DNA of 64,000 bases from an uncultured Gammaproteobacteria bacterium (GCA_964491475.1 CAZBFO010000001.1:327538-391537), one strand, 5' to 3'. Shown: positions 29,834-39,434, counted from the first letter of the stretch. Numbers and translations: made by a program. The notes: generated by a model from the letters alone, not told the origin.

Positions 29834-29895
29834 ACCGCCGGTCTCGGCGGTTTTTTCGTACCAAAAAGCCGCCCTTACGGAGCGGCTCGGCCTGC

Positions 29896-30216
29896 TTACG
29901 CCTTGATGTCCTGAATGGCGATCGAGGTGAACGGCTGGCGGTGTCCCGCCTTGCGCTTGTAGCGCGTCTTGGCGTGGAACTTGATGATCGTCACCTTGTC
30001 GTGCTTGCCGGCACCGGTGACCTTGGCGGAAACGGTGGCACCCTGCACGGTGGGGGCGCCGACCTTCACGCTCTTGCCGTCCTCGTCCATGACGAGAAGG
30101 GCGTCGAGGGTGAGGACGTCGCCCTCGGCCGCGTCGAGCTTTTCGACACGAAGCGTGTCGCCTTCCTTGACCAAGTACTGTTTTCCTCCCGTTTGGATGA
30201 CTGCAAAATGCGCCAT
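29896..30216 (-). CDS. rplU: 50S ribosomal protein L21
   Basis: AVIQTGGKQYLV, GHRQPFT. Confidence 0.97.
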   Translation of the reverse strand: MAHFAVIQTGGKQYLVKEGDTLRVEKLDAAEGDVLTLDALLVMDEDGKSVKVGAPTVQGATVSAKVTGAGKHDKVTIIKFHAKTRYKRKAGHRQPFTSIAIQDIKA

Positions 30217-30315
30217 ATGCGAAACACGAAATAATCACGCTTTTTCAGCGAAGTACCGATAGTCTAGCGGAAGGCCTCCCGACTGTCAACATCCGGAGCC
30301 ACGTTGGGGCCAGAT

Positions 30316-30831
30316 TCAGCCCTTTGGCTCCAAATGCTCGCTAATCGGCAGCCCGATCCGCAGTCCGTGAGCCTCGGCAAAGCCTGCGTTTACCTCCAAG
30401 ACCCTGTCTATGGGGACTTTGGGGGCGTAAGTGGGTAACGCACCGTCCGGGCCAGGCACCGGCAGGTTGGTGGTGATGTCGGCAATCTGGCCGTTGCTAA
30501 TCCAGATGATGTCGATAGGGAACCGCATTTCCTTCATCCAAAAACCGTACCTATCGGGCTGCTGGAACACGAAATACATGCCTTCATTAGGGCCAAGACC
30601 GGCGCGACCGGACAAGCCGCGTTCGCGCGCAGGCTCGGTCACCGCAATCGAAACGTCCACACGCAAATCATCGCCGACCGTGACATACCCGCTCCGGAAC
30701 CGGGACTGCAGCGTCGTCAGCACCAACGATGCGACGATGACGATGCCAAAAGCGGCTCCGGCCAAGAGGGACCGGTTGGTCGATCCGAGAAGGAAGGACA
30801 GTTTTTTTCCCTGTTGCGGCGCGTCGGACAT
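30316..30831 (-). CDS. DUF192 domain protein
   Basis: RERGLSGR, GMYFVF, FWMKEMRFPIDIIWI, VLEVNAG. Confidence 0.9.
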   Translation of the reverse strand: MSDAPQQGKKLSFLLGSTNRSLLAGAAFGIVIVASLVLTTLQSRFRSGYVTVGDDLRVDVSIAVTEPARERGLSGRAGLGPNEGMYFVFQQPDRYGFWMKEMRFPIDIIWISNGQIADITTNLPVPGPDGALPTYAPKVPIDRVLEVNAGFAEAHGLRIGLPISEHLEPKG

Positions 30832-30834
30832 AGG

Positions 30835-31911
30835 TCAGGCTTTTTTACGATACGCGAGCATGGCAACGGCAGTCAACGCGACCAGAATGCTGGCGACCAT
30901 GCCGATGGCCGCCACCTTTTCCCACCCCTGCAGGATGAGCGTCGAAGTCCCGAACAGGGCCGCCACGAAATAATACAGCAGCACCACCTGCCGCTGCGAC
31001 CAGCCGAAATCGAGCAGCCGGAAATGCAGGTGCGAACGGTCACCGGCCGCCGGCGACTTCTTCTGGAGCAGCCGGCGGACGATGACGAATGCGGCGTCGA
31101 AAATCGGCAGTCCCAGGACCAGCAACGTCGTGGCAATCTTTCCGCCCGAGATGATGGCCAGCGTGCCAAGAAGGAAGCCCGCCATCGTCGATCCGCCCTC
31201 GCCGAGAAAAATCGAGGCGGGACTGCCGTTGAACAGCAGGAATCCGGCGAACGCCGCGGCGACGATGACCGCAAGCACCGCCGTGTCCGGCTGCGACACC
31301 TCTTTCATCAGGCTGACGGCTGCGACGACCAGCGCGCCGATGACGGTCACGCCGCTGACCAGGCCGTCGAGCCCGTCGAGGAACTTGGTGGTGTAGGTCA
31401 TGCCCAGCAGCCACAGCACCGTGAAGGCGTCGGCCAATGGCGTGACCTTGTAGGGGATGCCGGCCAGCCACAGCACGGTGACCGAAAACCCGTTCAGGTA
31501 CAGCTGTCCGCCGAAGGGATTGGTGACGAAAGTGATACCGATGCCGCTGGCGACGATGGCCAGCGCGGCCAGTACTGGCCAGACGATCTGTTTCCAGGGC
31601 CGGAGATTTCGGGCGTCATCCCAGGCTCCGCCGAACATCAGCAGGAAGGCAGCGATGACGATGCTGATCAGGAATTTCCCTTTTACGTGCAGGCCCGGCA
31701 GCCAACCGAACCCGATCGCCGTCGCGACCGCCACGGCCATGGCGACGAATACCGCCACGCCGCCCAGCAGCGCCACCGGCCGGCCATGCGCCTTGCGCTC
31801 ACCGTCCGGCCGATCGACTACTCCCGTGCGCCAAGCCAAAAACCGCACCAGCGGGGTGACGCAGGCGGCGACGGCAAACGATATGGCGGCATTGAGCAAA
31901 AGCGTGGGCAT
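30835..31911 (-). CDS. MraY/WecA/TagO-family GlcNAc-1-phosphate transferase
   Basis: RKAH...LLGG, WDD, FLDGLDGL, IFLGEGG, DRSHLHFRL. Confidence 0.9.
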   Translation of the reverse strand: MPTLLLNAAISFAVAACVTPLVRFLAWRTGVVDRPDGERKAHGRPVALLGGVAVFVAMAVAVATAIGFGWLPGLHVKGKFLISIVIAAFLLMFGGAWDDARNLRPWKQIVWPVLAALAIVASGIGITFVTNPFGGQLYLNGFSVTVLWLAGIPYKVTPLADAFTVLWLLGMTYTTKFLDGLDGLVSGVTVIGALVVAAVSLMKEVSQPDTAVLAVIVAAAFAGFLLFNGSPASIFLGEGGSTMAGFLLGTLAIISGGKIATTLLVLGLPIFDAAFVIVRRLLQKKSPAAGDRSHLHFRLLDFGWSQRQVVLLYYFVAALFGTSTLILQGWEKVAAIGMVASILVALTAVAMLAYRKKA

Positions 31912-32075
31912 GGGCACCGCGTTACTGTAGGCAAAGGTAGCACGGTCCCGGACTGCGGAAAAGACGCGGCCGGATGATTTCGAGAAAAAGAAAAGGCGCA
32001 CCGGAAGGCCGGTGCGCCTTTCGACAGCCGTCAACGACGGCGGTCAATCAAGAAGCTAAGGGAGAGAAAGAACCG

Positions 32076-33647
32076 TCAGCCCATGTACTCGCGCACGATG
32101 TCGCTGGTATCCACGCTGTAATGCGTGGACAGTGCGGCGACGACCAGGTCTTGAATGGCCTGTTCGTGCAGTGCCGAGGTCGGCGAGTACGGGTTGGCGC
32201 GGAAATAGTTGCCTACCGCGCCGCGGTAGTTGGTGAAGTAGATCGCATGGATGAACCTGCCCTGGCGATTCCTGTAGACGAAGTTGCCGGGACTGGCCAA
32301 CTGCGCCTTCACCTGCTCGGTAATCTCGACGCCTTGACGGCGCAGGTCCGCCTCGCGAATCGCCATCGCCACCCGGTCGAGCCGGATGCCGTTGACGCTC
32401 GAGATGACGAACAGCCCGCGGCCGTACATCTGGATGATGACATCGCCCTTGGCCCGCTTCGGCTGCTGCGGCTGGGGACGGGGACCGGTGACTTTCCAAG
32501 ACTTCTTTTTGCCCTGGCCAGCCTCCTTGACCCACGTACCTGACTCGGTATTGCCGCGCCGGGCCACCGCGCCGAAGCGCTGCGACTCGGAGCGGCCGAA
32601 GACCACCATGACCTTGCGGGTCTTCTTGCCTTCCACCTGCGGCAGCATCTCGACCTCGCGGCCGATGGCATGCCGGAAGTAGTCGCCGATGGCGGCGTGC
32701 CACTGGCGTTCCATTTCGCCGAGCGCCTTCTCGGCCTGAACCGCGAACGTTCGCGTCTCACTTTTGACGCGGCCCGCGTCGTTGACGACAAAGGGGTGAA
32801 GGGTCGCCTCGAAATGGGCTTCCGTGCCGACGAGGATCTCGTCGATGCGGAACAGCTTCCGCACGTCGAGATCGTGCATGTCCTCGGGATTGTCGTACAG
32901 CATCCGCACGTTCTGCTCGATTGCCCCGAAGGCGACCGAGGCGAGTGCGTAGACCTTGTGGGGGTCGTTCGGATACTGCGCGTTCCACCCGAGAATCATG
33001 TTCCGCAGGTGACGGGGCGTATGCGGCGTCGGATCGACGTTCGCTTGCGCCGCCGGCATGGGATCGGCCTTGCCCTCAACAGGCTCGGCCGCGTCCATGT
33101 CCTGCAGCATGCCGTCCACGAGGTCGTCCCCGTCTTGCGACGGTTCGGCAGCCTCGGGCTTGGCATCGAGCGACCGGGGAGCGATGTCCTCGCCCGTCAG
33201 GTCGTTCCGGCAGATGACCAGGAAGACGCCTTCCATGATCCGGAGCAGGTGCTGCAGCTCCTTGCGGTCTGCGGCATCCATCTCCTCGACGCGAGCGCTC
33301 AACTCCTCGAGAAGGAGGTGAAGGCTCGACGTCTTGTTTTCGGCCACGCTGTCCGGAAGGACATGCTGGTCGAACCTCCCGCCGCCGCAATCGAGAAACA
33401 GGTATCCCCTGGCCTCGAGCTGCTCCGGCGAGAGCGTCCTCTCTTCCTCCCAGTCGCGCCGCCGAAGCTGGCCGGCCGGGATGAACTTGAGACGCGGCGC
33501 GTCGACGCAACGGAGCGCCTTCCGCACCACGACGTGGCCGCTGATCAGCCAAGCCATCACCAGCGCCTCCGTGTCCGGGGACACGTGCTGCACCAGCGTA
33601 TGAATCATCTGCTTGCGAACGGCATGCGCGTAACTGACCTGGTTCAT
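32076..33647 (-). CDS. hypothetical protein with degenerate DHH/MYG1-like N-terminal motifs
   Basis: QHVSPDTEALVMAWL and LDCGGGRFDQH; GAGGAG SD before ATG at 33647. Confidence 0.7.
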   Translation of the reverse strand: MNQVSYAHAVRKQMIHTLVQHVSPDTEALVMAWLISGHVVVRKALRCVDAPRLKFIPAGQLRRRDWEEERTLSPEQLEARGYLFLDCGGGRFDQHVLPDSVAENKTSSLHLLLEELSARVEEMDAADRKELQHLLRIMEGVFLVICRNDLTGEDIAPRSLDAKPEAAEPSQDGDDLVDGMLQDMDAAEPVEGKADPMPAAQANVDPTPHTPRHLRNMILGWNAQYPNDPHKVYALASVAFGAIEQNVRMLYDNPEDMHDLDVRKLFRIDEILVGTEAHFEATLHPFVVNDAGRVKSETRTFAVQAEKALGEMERQWHAAIGDYFRHAIGREVEMLPQVEGKKTRKVMVVFGRSESQRFGAVARRGNTESGTWVKEAGQGKKKSWKVTGPRPQPQQPKRAKGDVIIQMYGRGLFVISSVNGIRLDRVAMAIREADLRRQGVEITEQVKAQLASPGNFVYRNRQGRFIHAIYFTNYRGAVGNYFRANPYSPTSALHEQAIQDLVVAALSTHYSVDTSDIVREYMG

Positions 33648-33747
33648 GACGACTCTCCTCGGGTCAAAAAACCCTAGTCCGGATAGGCCGGACACCTTCG
33701 GTTGTCAAACCGCCCTCTCCACGCACTATGCGCAGAAAGAACAACAG

Positions 33748-33776
33748 ACTATAGCACGAAAACACCTTTCTGTCAA
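33748..33776 (-). promoter_or_regulatory. sigma70-type promoter TTGACA-17-TATAGT
   Basis: Reverse complement reads ttgacagaaaggtgttttcgtgctatagt. Confidence 0.7.
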
Positions 33777-33870
33777 TCCGTCCATGCAAACAAAAAACGC
33801 TCTGCTAAGCGTTTTTTTTGGAGGGGTTCCTTTTTGATTTCAGACCTCTACTAAGCCGAATTGGCCAAGA

Positions 33871-34227
33871 TTAGCGGATAGCCACCGCTCCCGTGCCGCT
33901 GTTAAGGTAGTCGACGTCAGTCACCGGCACCAAGCCCAAACCCTGGATCTTGCCATCAAGGGAATCCATCGACTCGTCAGTGACTACGGATAAATCCAGC
34001 TTCTGCCGCTGGTTCTGCAGTTCATTGATGCGCCGTTCCATGCTGCGAATGGCAAAACCCTTCTCGGTGGCGCTGTTGTTCAACACCAAATACCCGGCGA
34101 ACAGCGCGATGACGCCCAGCGCGATCAGGGCGTTCAGCACGCGGATGTCACGCCACAGCGGCACGTAGGCGAGGCGCGCCTCGCGGGCCGCGGCAAACGA
34201 CGGCGGATTGTAGCTTGCATGTGTCAT
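33871..34227 (-). CDS. ftsL: FtsL-like cell division protein
   Basis: Single TM segment plus coiled coil, directly after rsmH. Confidence 0.65.
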   Translation of the reverse strand: MTHASYNPPSFAAAREARLAYVPLWRDIRVLNALIALGVIALFAGYLVLNNSATEKGFAIRSMERRINELQNQRQKLDLSVVTDESMDSLDGKIQGLGLVPVTDVDYLNSGTGAVAIR

Positions 34228-35108
34228 GGCTTCTTGATGGCAATGCGCAGCTTGGCGCTGCGCGACCGCGAATTCCGCCTGATTTCTTCCTCAGAAGCCG
34301 TAATCGGCCGTTTGGCGACGACCGTCCCCTCTCCCGCCTCGGCCTTTTCCAGGAAAAAACGCTTGACGATGCGGTCCTCCAGCGAATGAAACGAGATGAC
34401 CGCCAGGCGGCCGCCGGGCGCCAAAGCGTCCCACAGCGCCGGAAGCGCCGTGCGGACGTTGCCGAGCTCGTCGTTTGTGGCGATGCGCAACGCCTGGAAG
34501 GTGCGCGTCGGGAACGGCAGCTTGCTCCGCCGGTAGAAGCCGGGGACGGAGTGGGCGATGACGTCCACCAATTGCGTGGTCGTCACGATTTTCGCGTCGC
34601 GTCTGGCTTTGACGATGCCGTCGGCGATCTTGCGGGCCCATTTTTCCTCCCCGTACTCCCACAGGACCCTTGAAAGGTCGTCTGCGCTCCATGAGTTGAC
34701 GATGGAGGCGGCCGTCTCGTCCTGGGTCCGGTCGAAGCGCATGTCGAGCGGCCCGTCGAAGCGGAAGCTGAATCCGCGCGTCGGGTCGTCGATTTCGAGC
34801 GACGAAAAACCCAGATCGAGAAGCGCCGCGTGAATCGGCCCGAAGGACTGGGTGTGGAGGACCCGCTCAAGATGGCGATAGTTCTCGCGGACAAGCATGG
34901 CGCGAGAACCATAGGCACCGAGTGTACTTCGAGCCGCTTCGAGCGCCGCTTCGTCGACGTCGAGGCCCAACAGCTTTCCGTTTGGCGCGGTCTTTGCCAG
35001 CGCGGCGGCGGCGTGTCCGCCGGCACCGAGCGTGCAATCGACCACGTTCTCGTTCGGTTGCAGGTTGAGGCCGTCGATCGTCTCACGGAGGAGAACTGGG
35101 ATATGCAT
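34224..35108 (-). CDS. rsmH: 16S rRNA m4C1402 methyltransferase
   Basis: HIPVLL, DCTLGAGGH, PLDMR, FQALRI, SFHSLEDRIVK, SRSAKLR. Confidence 0.96.
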   Translation of the reverse strand: MHIPVLLRETIDGLNLQPNENVVDCTLGAGGHAAAALAKTAPNGKLLGLDVDEAALEAARSTLGAYGSRAMLVRENYRHLERVLHTQSFGPIHAALLDLGFSSLEIDDPTRGFSFRFDGPLDMRFDRTQDETAASIVNSWSADDLSRVLWEYGEEKWARKIADGIVKARRDAKIVTTTQLVDVIAHSVPGFYRRSKLPFPTRTFQALRIATNDELGNVRTALPALWDALAPGGRLAVISFHSLEDRIVKRFFLEKAEAGEGTVVAKRPITASEEEIRRNSRSRSAKLRIAIKKP

Positions 35109-35110
35109 AA

Positions 35111-35542
35111 CTACACTCCCAGTTCGCCCATCCGTTCGGCGATGTCGTTCGAGTCTTTTTCTGTTTTTGCCTTGTAGGCGTCCCAGGACTTTTTGTCCCA
35201 GATTTCGATGCGGCCGTAGAGGCCGGCAACGACGGCATCTTTGGCGATGCCAGCGTAGCGGCGCAGGTATTCCGGCAGCACCACCCTCCCCTGCTTGTCG
35301 ATCTCCACGTCCATAGCGCCGGCGAGCATCAGGCGCGCGAACGCACGGGCGTTCGCCTGGCTGAATGGAAGTGCAGACAGTTTTTCGGCGAGCTTTTTCC
35401 ACTCGGCCATCGAGTATACGAAGAGACAGTTGTCGAGACCCCTGGTCACGACGGCGCCGCCCTTGAGCTCCTTGCGGAACTTGGTCGGTATCGCCAATCT
35501 CCCCTTCTCGTCGACCGCGTGGTTGTACTCACCGATAAACAT
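35111..35542 (-). CDS. mraZ: transcriptional regulator MraZ
   Basis: MFIGEYNHAVDEKGRLAIP, DKQGR, IEIW. Confidence 0.96.
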   Translation of the reverse strand: MFIGEYNHAVDEKGRLAIPTKFRKELKGGAVVTRGLDNCLFVYSMAEWKKLAEKLSALPFSQANARAFARLMLAGAMDVEIDKQGRVVLPEYLRRYAGIAKDAVVAGLYGRIEIWDKKSWDAYKAKTEKDSNDIAERMGELGV

Positions 35543-35615
35543 GACAGGAAAAAGTGAGCTGCGGATAAACGGGATTTTACGCTCATTTCAGCGACGTTTT
35601 GCCGCCCGAGCAATT

Positions 35616-35641
35616 CCCCATTTTTCCCCACTTAAAACCAC
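35616..35641 (-). promoter_or_regulatory. MraZ-binding repeats (three (G/A)TGG(G/T) at 10-bp period)
   Basis: Minus strand GTGGTtttaaGTGGGgaaaaATGGGG upstream of mraZ. Confidence 0.75.
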
Positions 35642-35727
35642 TACAGTTCAACTATACACCTTTTTTCACCCCGCAACAAGATGAACCTGTGCATATTTTT
35701 CATCAAAAAAGACCGCAACGAGTGCGG

Positions 35728-36330
35728 TCATTCGAACGAGTATGGAACGCCGGTGATGAGGCCGGCGAGTGCGCGCAGGTGCGCCTCCATGTGGTGCTTT
35801 GAGCGATAGGCGGACAGCTCATCGTCGGCCATTTCTGCTAACGTCTTGTGCTCTCCGTCAGGAATGAACACCGTGGCCAGCGGCGACTTGAATGCCGGAC
35901 GCAGCGTTCCCCTTTCGGTCTCGGCGACGCGGCCGCGTTCGCGCCGAGTAAGCACCAACGGCTGCGGATGAAGCGCGTCCATGTAGGCCAGCGCGTCGAC
36001 GAAAGTGCAGGCGCGAGCGGCGTCCGGATAGCACCACAGCAGGTCCAGATACCCGCGGATGCCGAGCTGCTTGGTGGCCCACTTGACGTTAGTGCCGGGA
36101 AAACCCCCGAGCACGTCGATGTGAAAGGCGGAGTCGATCACCATGACAGGCGCCTTGGCGATGGCATAGGCGGCACGGACTTTACCGACGGCAATCTCCT
36201 CGGCGGACTCCGCCTGCAGCTCCGGAAGGTCGACGTCGAGGCGAACGACCTCGATGCCGTAGCCGCCGAGCACGCGGGCGACGCTCGTCACTTTGGCGGC
36301 GTTGCTGGTGGCGAATGACAGTTTTAGCAT
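35728..36330 (-). CDS. Ham1/ITPase-family non-canonical purine NTP pyrophosphatase (variant)
   Basis: ATSNAAK, ELQ, IDS, GFPG, KTLAEM. Confidence 0.85.
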   Translation of the reverse strand: MLKLSFATSNAAKVTSVARVLGGYGIEVVRLDVDLPELQAESAEEIAVGKVRAAYAIAKAPVMVIDSAFHIDVLGGFPGTNVKWATKQLGIRGYLDLLWCYPDAARACTFVDALAYMDALHPQPLVLTRRERGRVAETERGTLRPAFKSPLATVFIPDGEHKTLAEMADDELSAYRSKHHMEAHLRALAGLITGVPYSFE

Positions 36331-36339
36331 TGCCACGCT

Positions 36340-36654
36340 TCAGGACGACTGACTCGCCCGGAAATCCTCCAGCAACGGAAAAAGTTCCGCGGCCCCGGCG
36401 ATCGTTTCGCGCATCATCTCCTCGTACGGCTGCGGATCCTTTTCGCCGATGTCGGCCATCAGCCGGTCGTAGGCCTTCCGGGGATCGTCATCTTCCTCCA
36501 GGGGAACGTCCGGAGGCAATGCGCCGTCGGGAGAGGTATGGGGCACGTTGAACTGCTGCGCGCAGCCGTCGCACACCAGCGGATGATGCCCGCAGCCGCA
36601 AGCGACCAACGTAACGACCCGAATCTTTCCCTTTCCGCACTTAGGACAGTCCAT
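36340..36654 (-). CDS. small zinc-finger hypothetical protein
   Basis: CPKC...CGCGHH...CDGC; AAGGAG SD. Confidence 0.7.
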   Translation of the reverse strand: MDCPKCGKGKIRVVTLVACGCGHHPLVCDGCAQQFNVPHTSPDGALPPDVPLEEDDDPRKAYDRLMADIGEKDPQPYEEMMRETIAGAAELFPLLEDFRASQSS

Positions 36655-36753
36655 CTTTGGCTCCTTGTGGATGGCCAGCCCAAAGTAGCAACTAAACAAG
36701 CACCGTGCAAACGCGCGGTGCTTATCCGGCTCCGCAAAAACATGCGGCTCGCT

Positions 36754-37521
36754 TTACCCAAAGCGCTTTCGCACCGGAGACTTCCTGATGTACGCCAACG
36801 CTTCTTCCGCGGTATCGACCAACCTATAGATCTTCATGTCCTCTTTCGAGGCGGCGGCATAGTCCTTGATGACCGTCTGCTCGATCCATTCGAGGAACGG
36901 CGTCCAGAATTCGCGGCCGACCAGGATCATGGGAATCTTCACCGAAATCTTCTTGGTCTGAATCAGCGTCACCAGCTCGGTAAGCTCATCGAGCGTGCCG
37001 AAGCCGCCGGGGAAGTAGACATAGGCCTGCGCCGCGTAGGCCAGCATGACCTTGCGGACGAAGAAGTAATGGAAAGCCTCGCCTTTCTCCACGTACGGGT
37101 TTGCGCGCTGCTCAAAGGGAAGCTTGATGTTCAACCCGAACGAATCCCCTTCCTTGCCGCCTTCGGTCGCTCCGCGATTGCCCGCCTCCATGATGCCGGG
37201 ACCGCCGCCCGTGACGACGCTGTAGCCGTCGTCGGCAAGCAGCTTGCCCAACTTGCGGGCCTCCTCGTACCAGCGGTTGCCCGGCTTAAAGCGGGCCGAT
37301 CCGAATATCGAAACGCTCTTCTTGACGTCGGCGAGGAAATTCCAGCCCGAAACGAATTCAGACATGATCCGCAGAACGCGCCAGTGGAGCGACGATCGGA
37401 AATCGTAATGATGCTCGTTTTCGGGCAGGAACGCGGCGGGGAGGTTGGTCGGACGGGAAGCGGTCTTGCGGGGCTTTTGCGCCTGCTTCGCTTTTCCGCG
37501 AAAGGATTTTTTTGCAGTCAT
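36754..37521 (-). CDS. LOG-family (TIGR00730) nucleotide phosphoribohydrolase
   Basis: FGSAR, TGGGPGIMEA, YFFVRK, PGGFGTLDE. Confidence 0.92.
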   Translation of the reverse strand: MTAKKSFRGKAKQAQKPRKTASRPTNLPAAFLPENEHHYDFRSSLHWRVLRIMSEFVSGWNFLADVKKSVSIFGSARFKPGNRWYEEARKLGKLLADDGYSVVTGGGPGIMEAGNRGATEGGKEGDSFGLNIKLPFEQRANPYVEKGEAFHYFFVRKVMLAYAAQAYVYFPGGFGTLDELTELVTLIQTKKISVKIPMILVGREFWTPFLEWIEQTVIKDYAAASKEDMKIYRLVDTAEEALAYIRKSPVRKRFG

Positions 37522-37580
37522 AGGGATGGTAACGAACGCGGGTATCGTAACACGACGCGACGGCAAAACCAACGCGCAGC

Positions 37581-38042
37581 TCAACGCGCCATCATCCATG
37601 TCCACAGCAATACCGTCGCCGCGGATTGCCAGGCCAAACCGACCCACGCCGGAAGATGCGGGTGAAAGAAATTGTGGTTGCGCGCGTGGAATTTTGACAT
37701 GAAGCCCCACAGCTTCCGGTGGGCGACCATTTCCAGGCCCCACATGACGTCCGGCACGAACGAACCGGCCGCAGCGGCGATCAGGGGAATAGAAATGCCG
37801 CGGGTCCAGGAGTAGTAGCCGAAGACGGCAAGAAACAGCGAACCGTCCACCGCCAAGATGCCGGCGAACCGCAATATCTCATTGCCCTTCTTGGTCCATT
37901 CCCCTACAGGCTCGTCGCCGTGCGGCAGGAAGTCGGCTAGGTAATGCGAAATCCAGCCGACCCCGAAGGCGGCGACGGGATTGGTGATGCCGAGCGCGGA
38001 AACCGCGGCGACGCCGACGGCCGCATGTCCGACTAAAAACAT
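37581..38042 (-). CDS. membrane protein, putative metal-dependent hydrolase
   Basis: N-terminal His, SHYLADFLPH, PD motif; TM helices. Confidence 0.7.
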   Translation of the reverse strand: MFLVGHAAVGVAAVSALGITNPVAAFGVGWISHYLADFLPHGDEPVGEWTKKGNEILRFAGILAVDGSLFLAVFGYYSWTRGISIPLIAAAAGSFVPDVMWGLEMVAHRKLWGFMSKFHARNHNFFHPHLPAWVGLAWQSAATVLLWTWMMAR

Positions 38043-38045
38043 AGG

Positions 38046-39305
38046 TCAGGCAAGAAAACTTTTTGCGCGCTTTTTGCGATGCCACGAGACGGCGAAGCGG
38101 TGTGCCTCGTCCCTGCAGCGCTGCAGCAGCGGCTTGAAGGCGCGCGCCAGCCGGGCGAGCTCGTAGTCGCCCTTGTCGTAGACCAGCTCATTCTGCTTGC
38201 GATCCGGCCCCTTGGCAATGCCCACCAGCGGGATCTTCAGGCCGTACTGCGCCAGTACATCGCGCGCCGCGCCCATCTGCGGGGCGCCGCCGTCAATCAG
38301 CAGCAGGTCGGGCAGCGGCCACGACTTGCCGTCCTCCGGCCGGACGGTCCGCGCGAAGCGGCGCATCAGCGTCTCGCGCATCATGGCCACGTCGTTCGGG
38401 CCTTCCACGCCCTTAATGCCGAAGATGCGGTATTCCGACTTCTTCGGCTCGCCGTCGACCATCACCGCCATGCTGCCTACGGCATCCTGGCCGGAGGTGT
38501 TGGAGATGTCGTAGCACTCGACACGGCCGAAGATGTTGATGAACTCGGCGTTGCGGCTGTCGTCATGCTTCATGACTGATTCGTCGCGCACGTGCTCGAG
38601 CGCGTACAGGCGGTTACGCAGGTCGGCGGCGTCCTCGAAACGCTCCTCTGCCGCCGCCTTGGCCATCTCGCGCTTCATCTCGCCCGAAACCGCGTCGCGG
38701 CCGCCTTCGAAAAAGCGCATCAGGCGGCGAACGATCTTCTTGTACTGCGCCGAGGTGATGTCGCCGGTGCAGACGCCGGGGCACAGCCCGAGATGCCGGT
38801 AAAAGCAGGGACGCTTGCGTCCCGGTTTGCAGGTGGTCCAGGGAAAGGACTTGCGGAGCGCGTCGAGGCTGGCCCGCACCGCTGCGGCCGACCCGAACGG
38901 TCCGTACACCTTCAGGAACTGCCTCTTGGGCACGCGCGCCAGCTCGTAAGCGCGTATGAGCACGGGCTGCGGGTAGGCCTCGCGTGTGAACGCCAGATGA
39001 ATGAACGACTTGTCATCCTTCTCCATGACGTTGTACGGCGGCTGGAACTTCTTGATGAGCTTGGCCTCGAGCATCAGCGCCTCGACGGCAGTGGGCGTTT
39101 GCTCGTAGTCGATGCGTCGTATCCTGGTGACCATCTGGGCGATGCGCTCGTCGGCGGGCCGCACGAAATAGCTTCCCACGCGCGAACGCAGCGAAGTCGC
39201 CTTGCCGATGTAGAGCAGCTTGCCGTCGGCGTCCCTCATGAAATAGACGCCGGGAGTCGGCGGCAGCTCGCCGTTCTTGATGATGACGTGATCCGGTATG
39301 GCCAT
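38046..39305 (-). CDS. uvrC: excinuclease ABC subunit C (short, lacking HhH domain)
   Basis: PGVY...YIGKA GIY-YIG, UVR motif FEDAADLRN, ECYDIS, IDGG, RDEAHRFA. Confidence 0.9.
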   Translation of the reverse strand: MAIPDHVIIKNGELPPTPGVYFMRDADGKLLYIGKATSLRSRVGSYFVRPADERIAQMVTRIRRIDYEQTPTAVEALMLEAKLIKKFQPPYNVMEKDDKSFIHLAFTREAYPQPVLIRAYELARVPKRQFLKVYGPFGSAAAVRASLDALRKSFPWTTCKPGRKRPCFYRHLGLCPGVCTGDITSAQYKKIVRRLMRFFEGGRDAVSGEMKREMAKAAAEERFEDAADLRNRLYALEHVRDESVMKHDDSRNAEFINIFGRVECYDISNTSGQDAVGSMAVMVDGEPKKSEYRIFGIKGVEGPNDVAMMRETLMRRFARTVRPEDGKSWPLPDLLLIDGGAPQMGAARDVLAQYGLKIPLVGIAKGPDRKQNELVYDKGDYELARLARAFKPLLQRCRDEAHRFAVSWHRKKRAKSFLA

Positions 39306-39370
39306 ACTGATGTCCCAGCATCCCACAAGATGGTCGGAAAATCAAGATTTGCGGGTCCGACCGGCACCCA

Positions 39371-39398
39371 TTGACAAAATCGTATTTTGTGCTAAGGT
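39371..39398 (+). promoter_or_regulatory. sigma70-type promoter TTGACA-16-TAAGGT
   Basis: ttgacaaaatcgtattttgtgctaaggt. Confidence 0.65.
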
Positions 39399-39434
39399 CT
39401 GGCGTTCGGCAAAAAGCCGACATAGGAGGAATCA

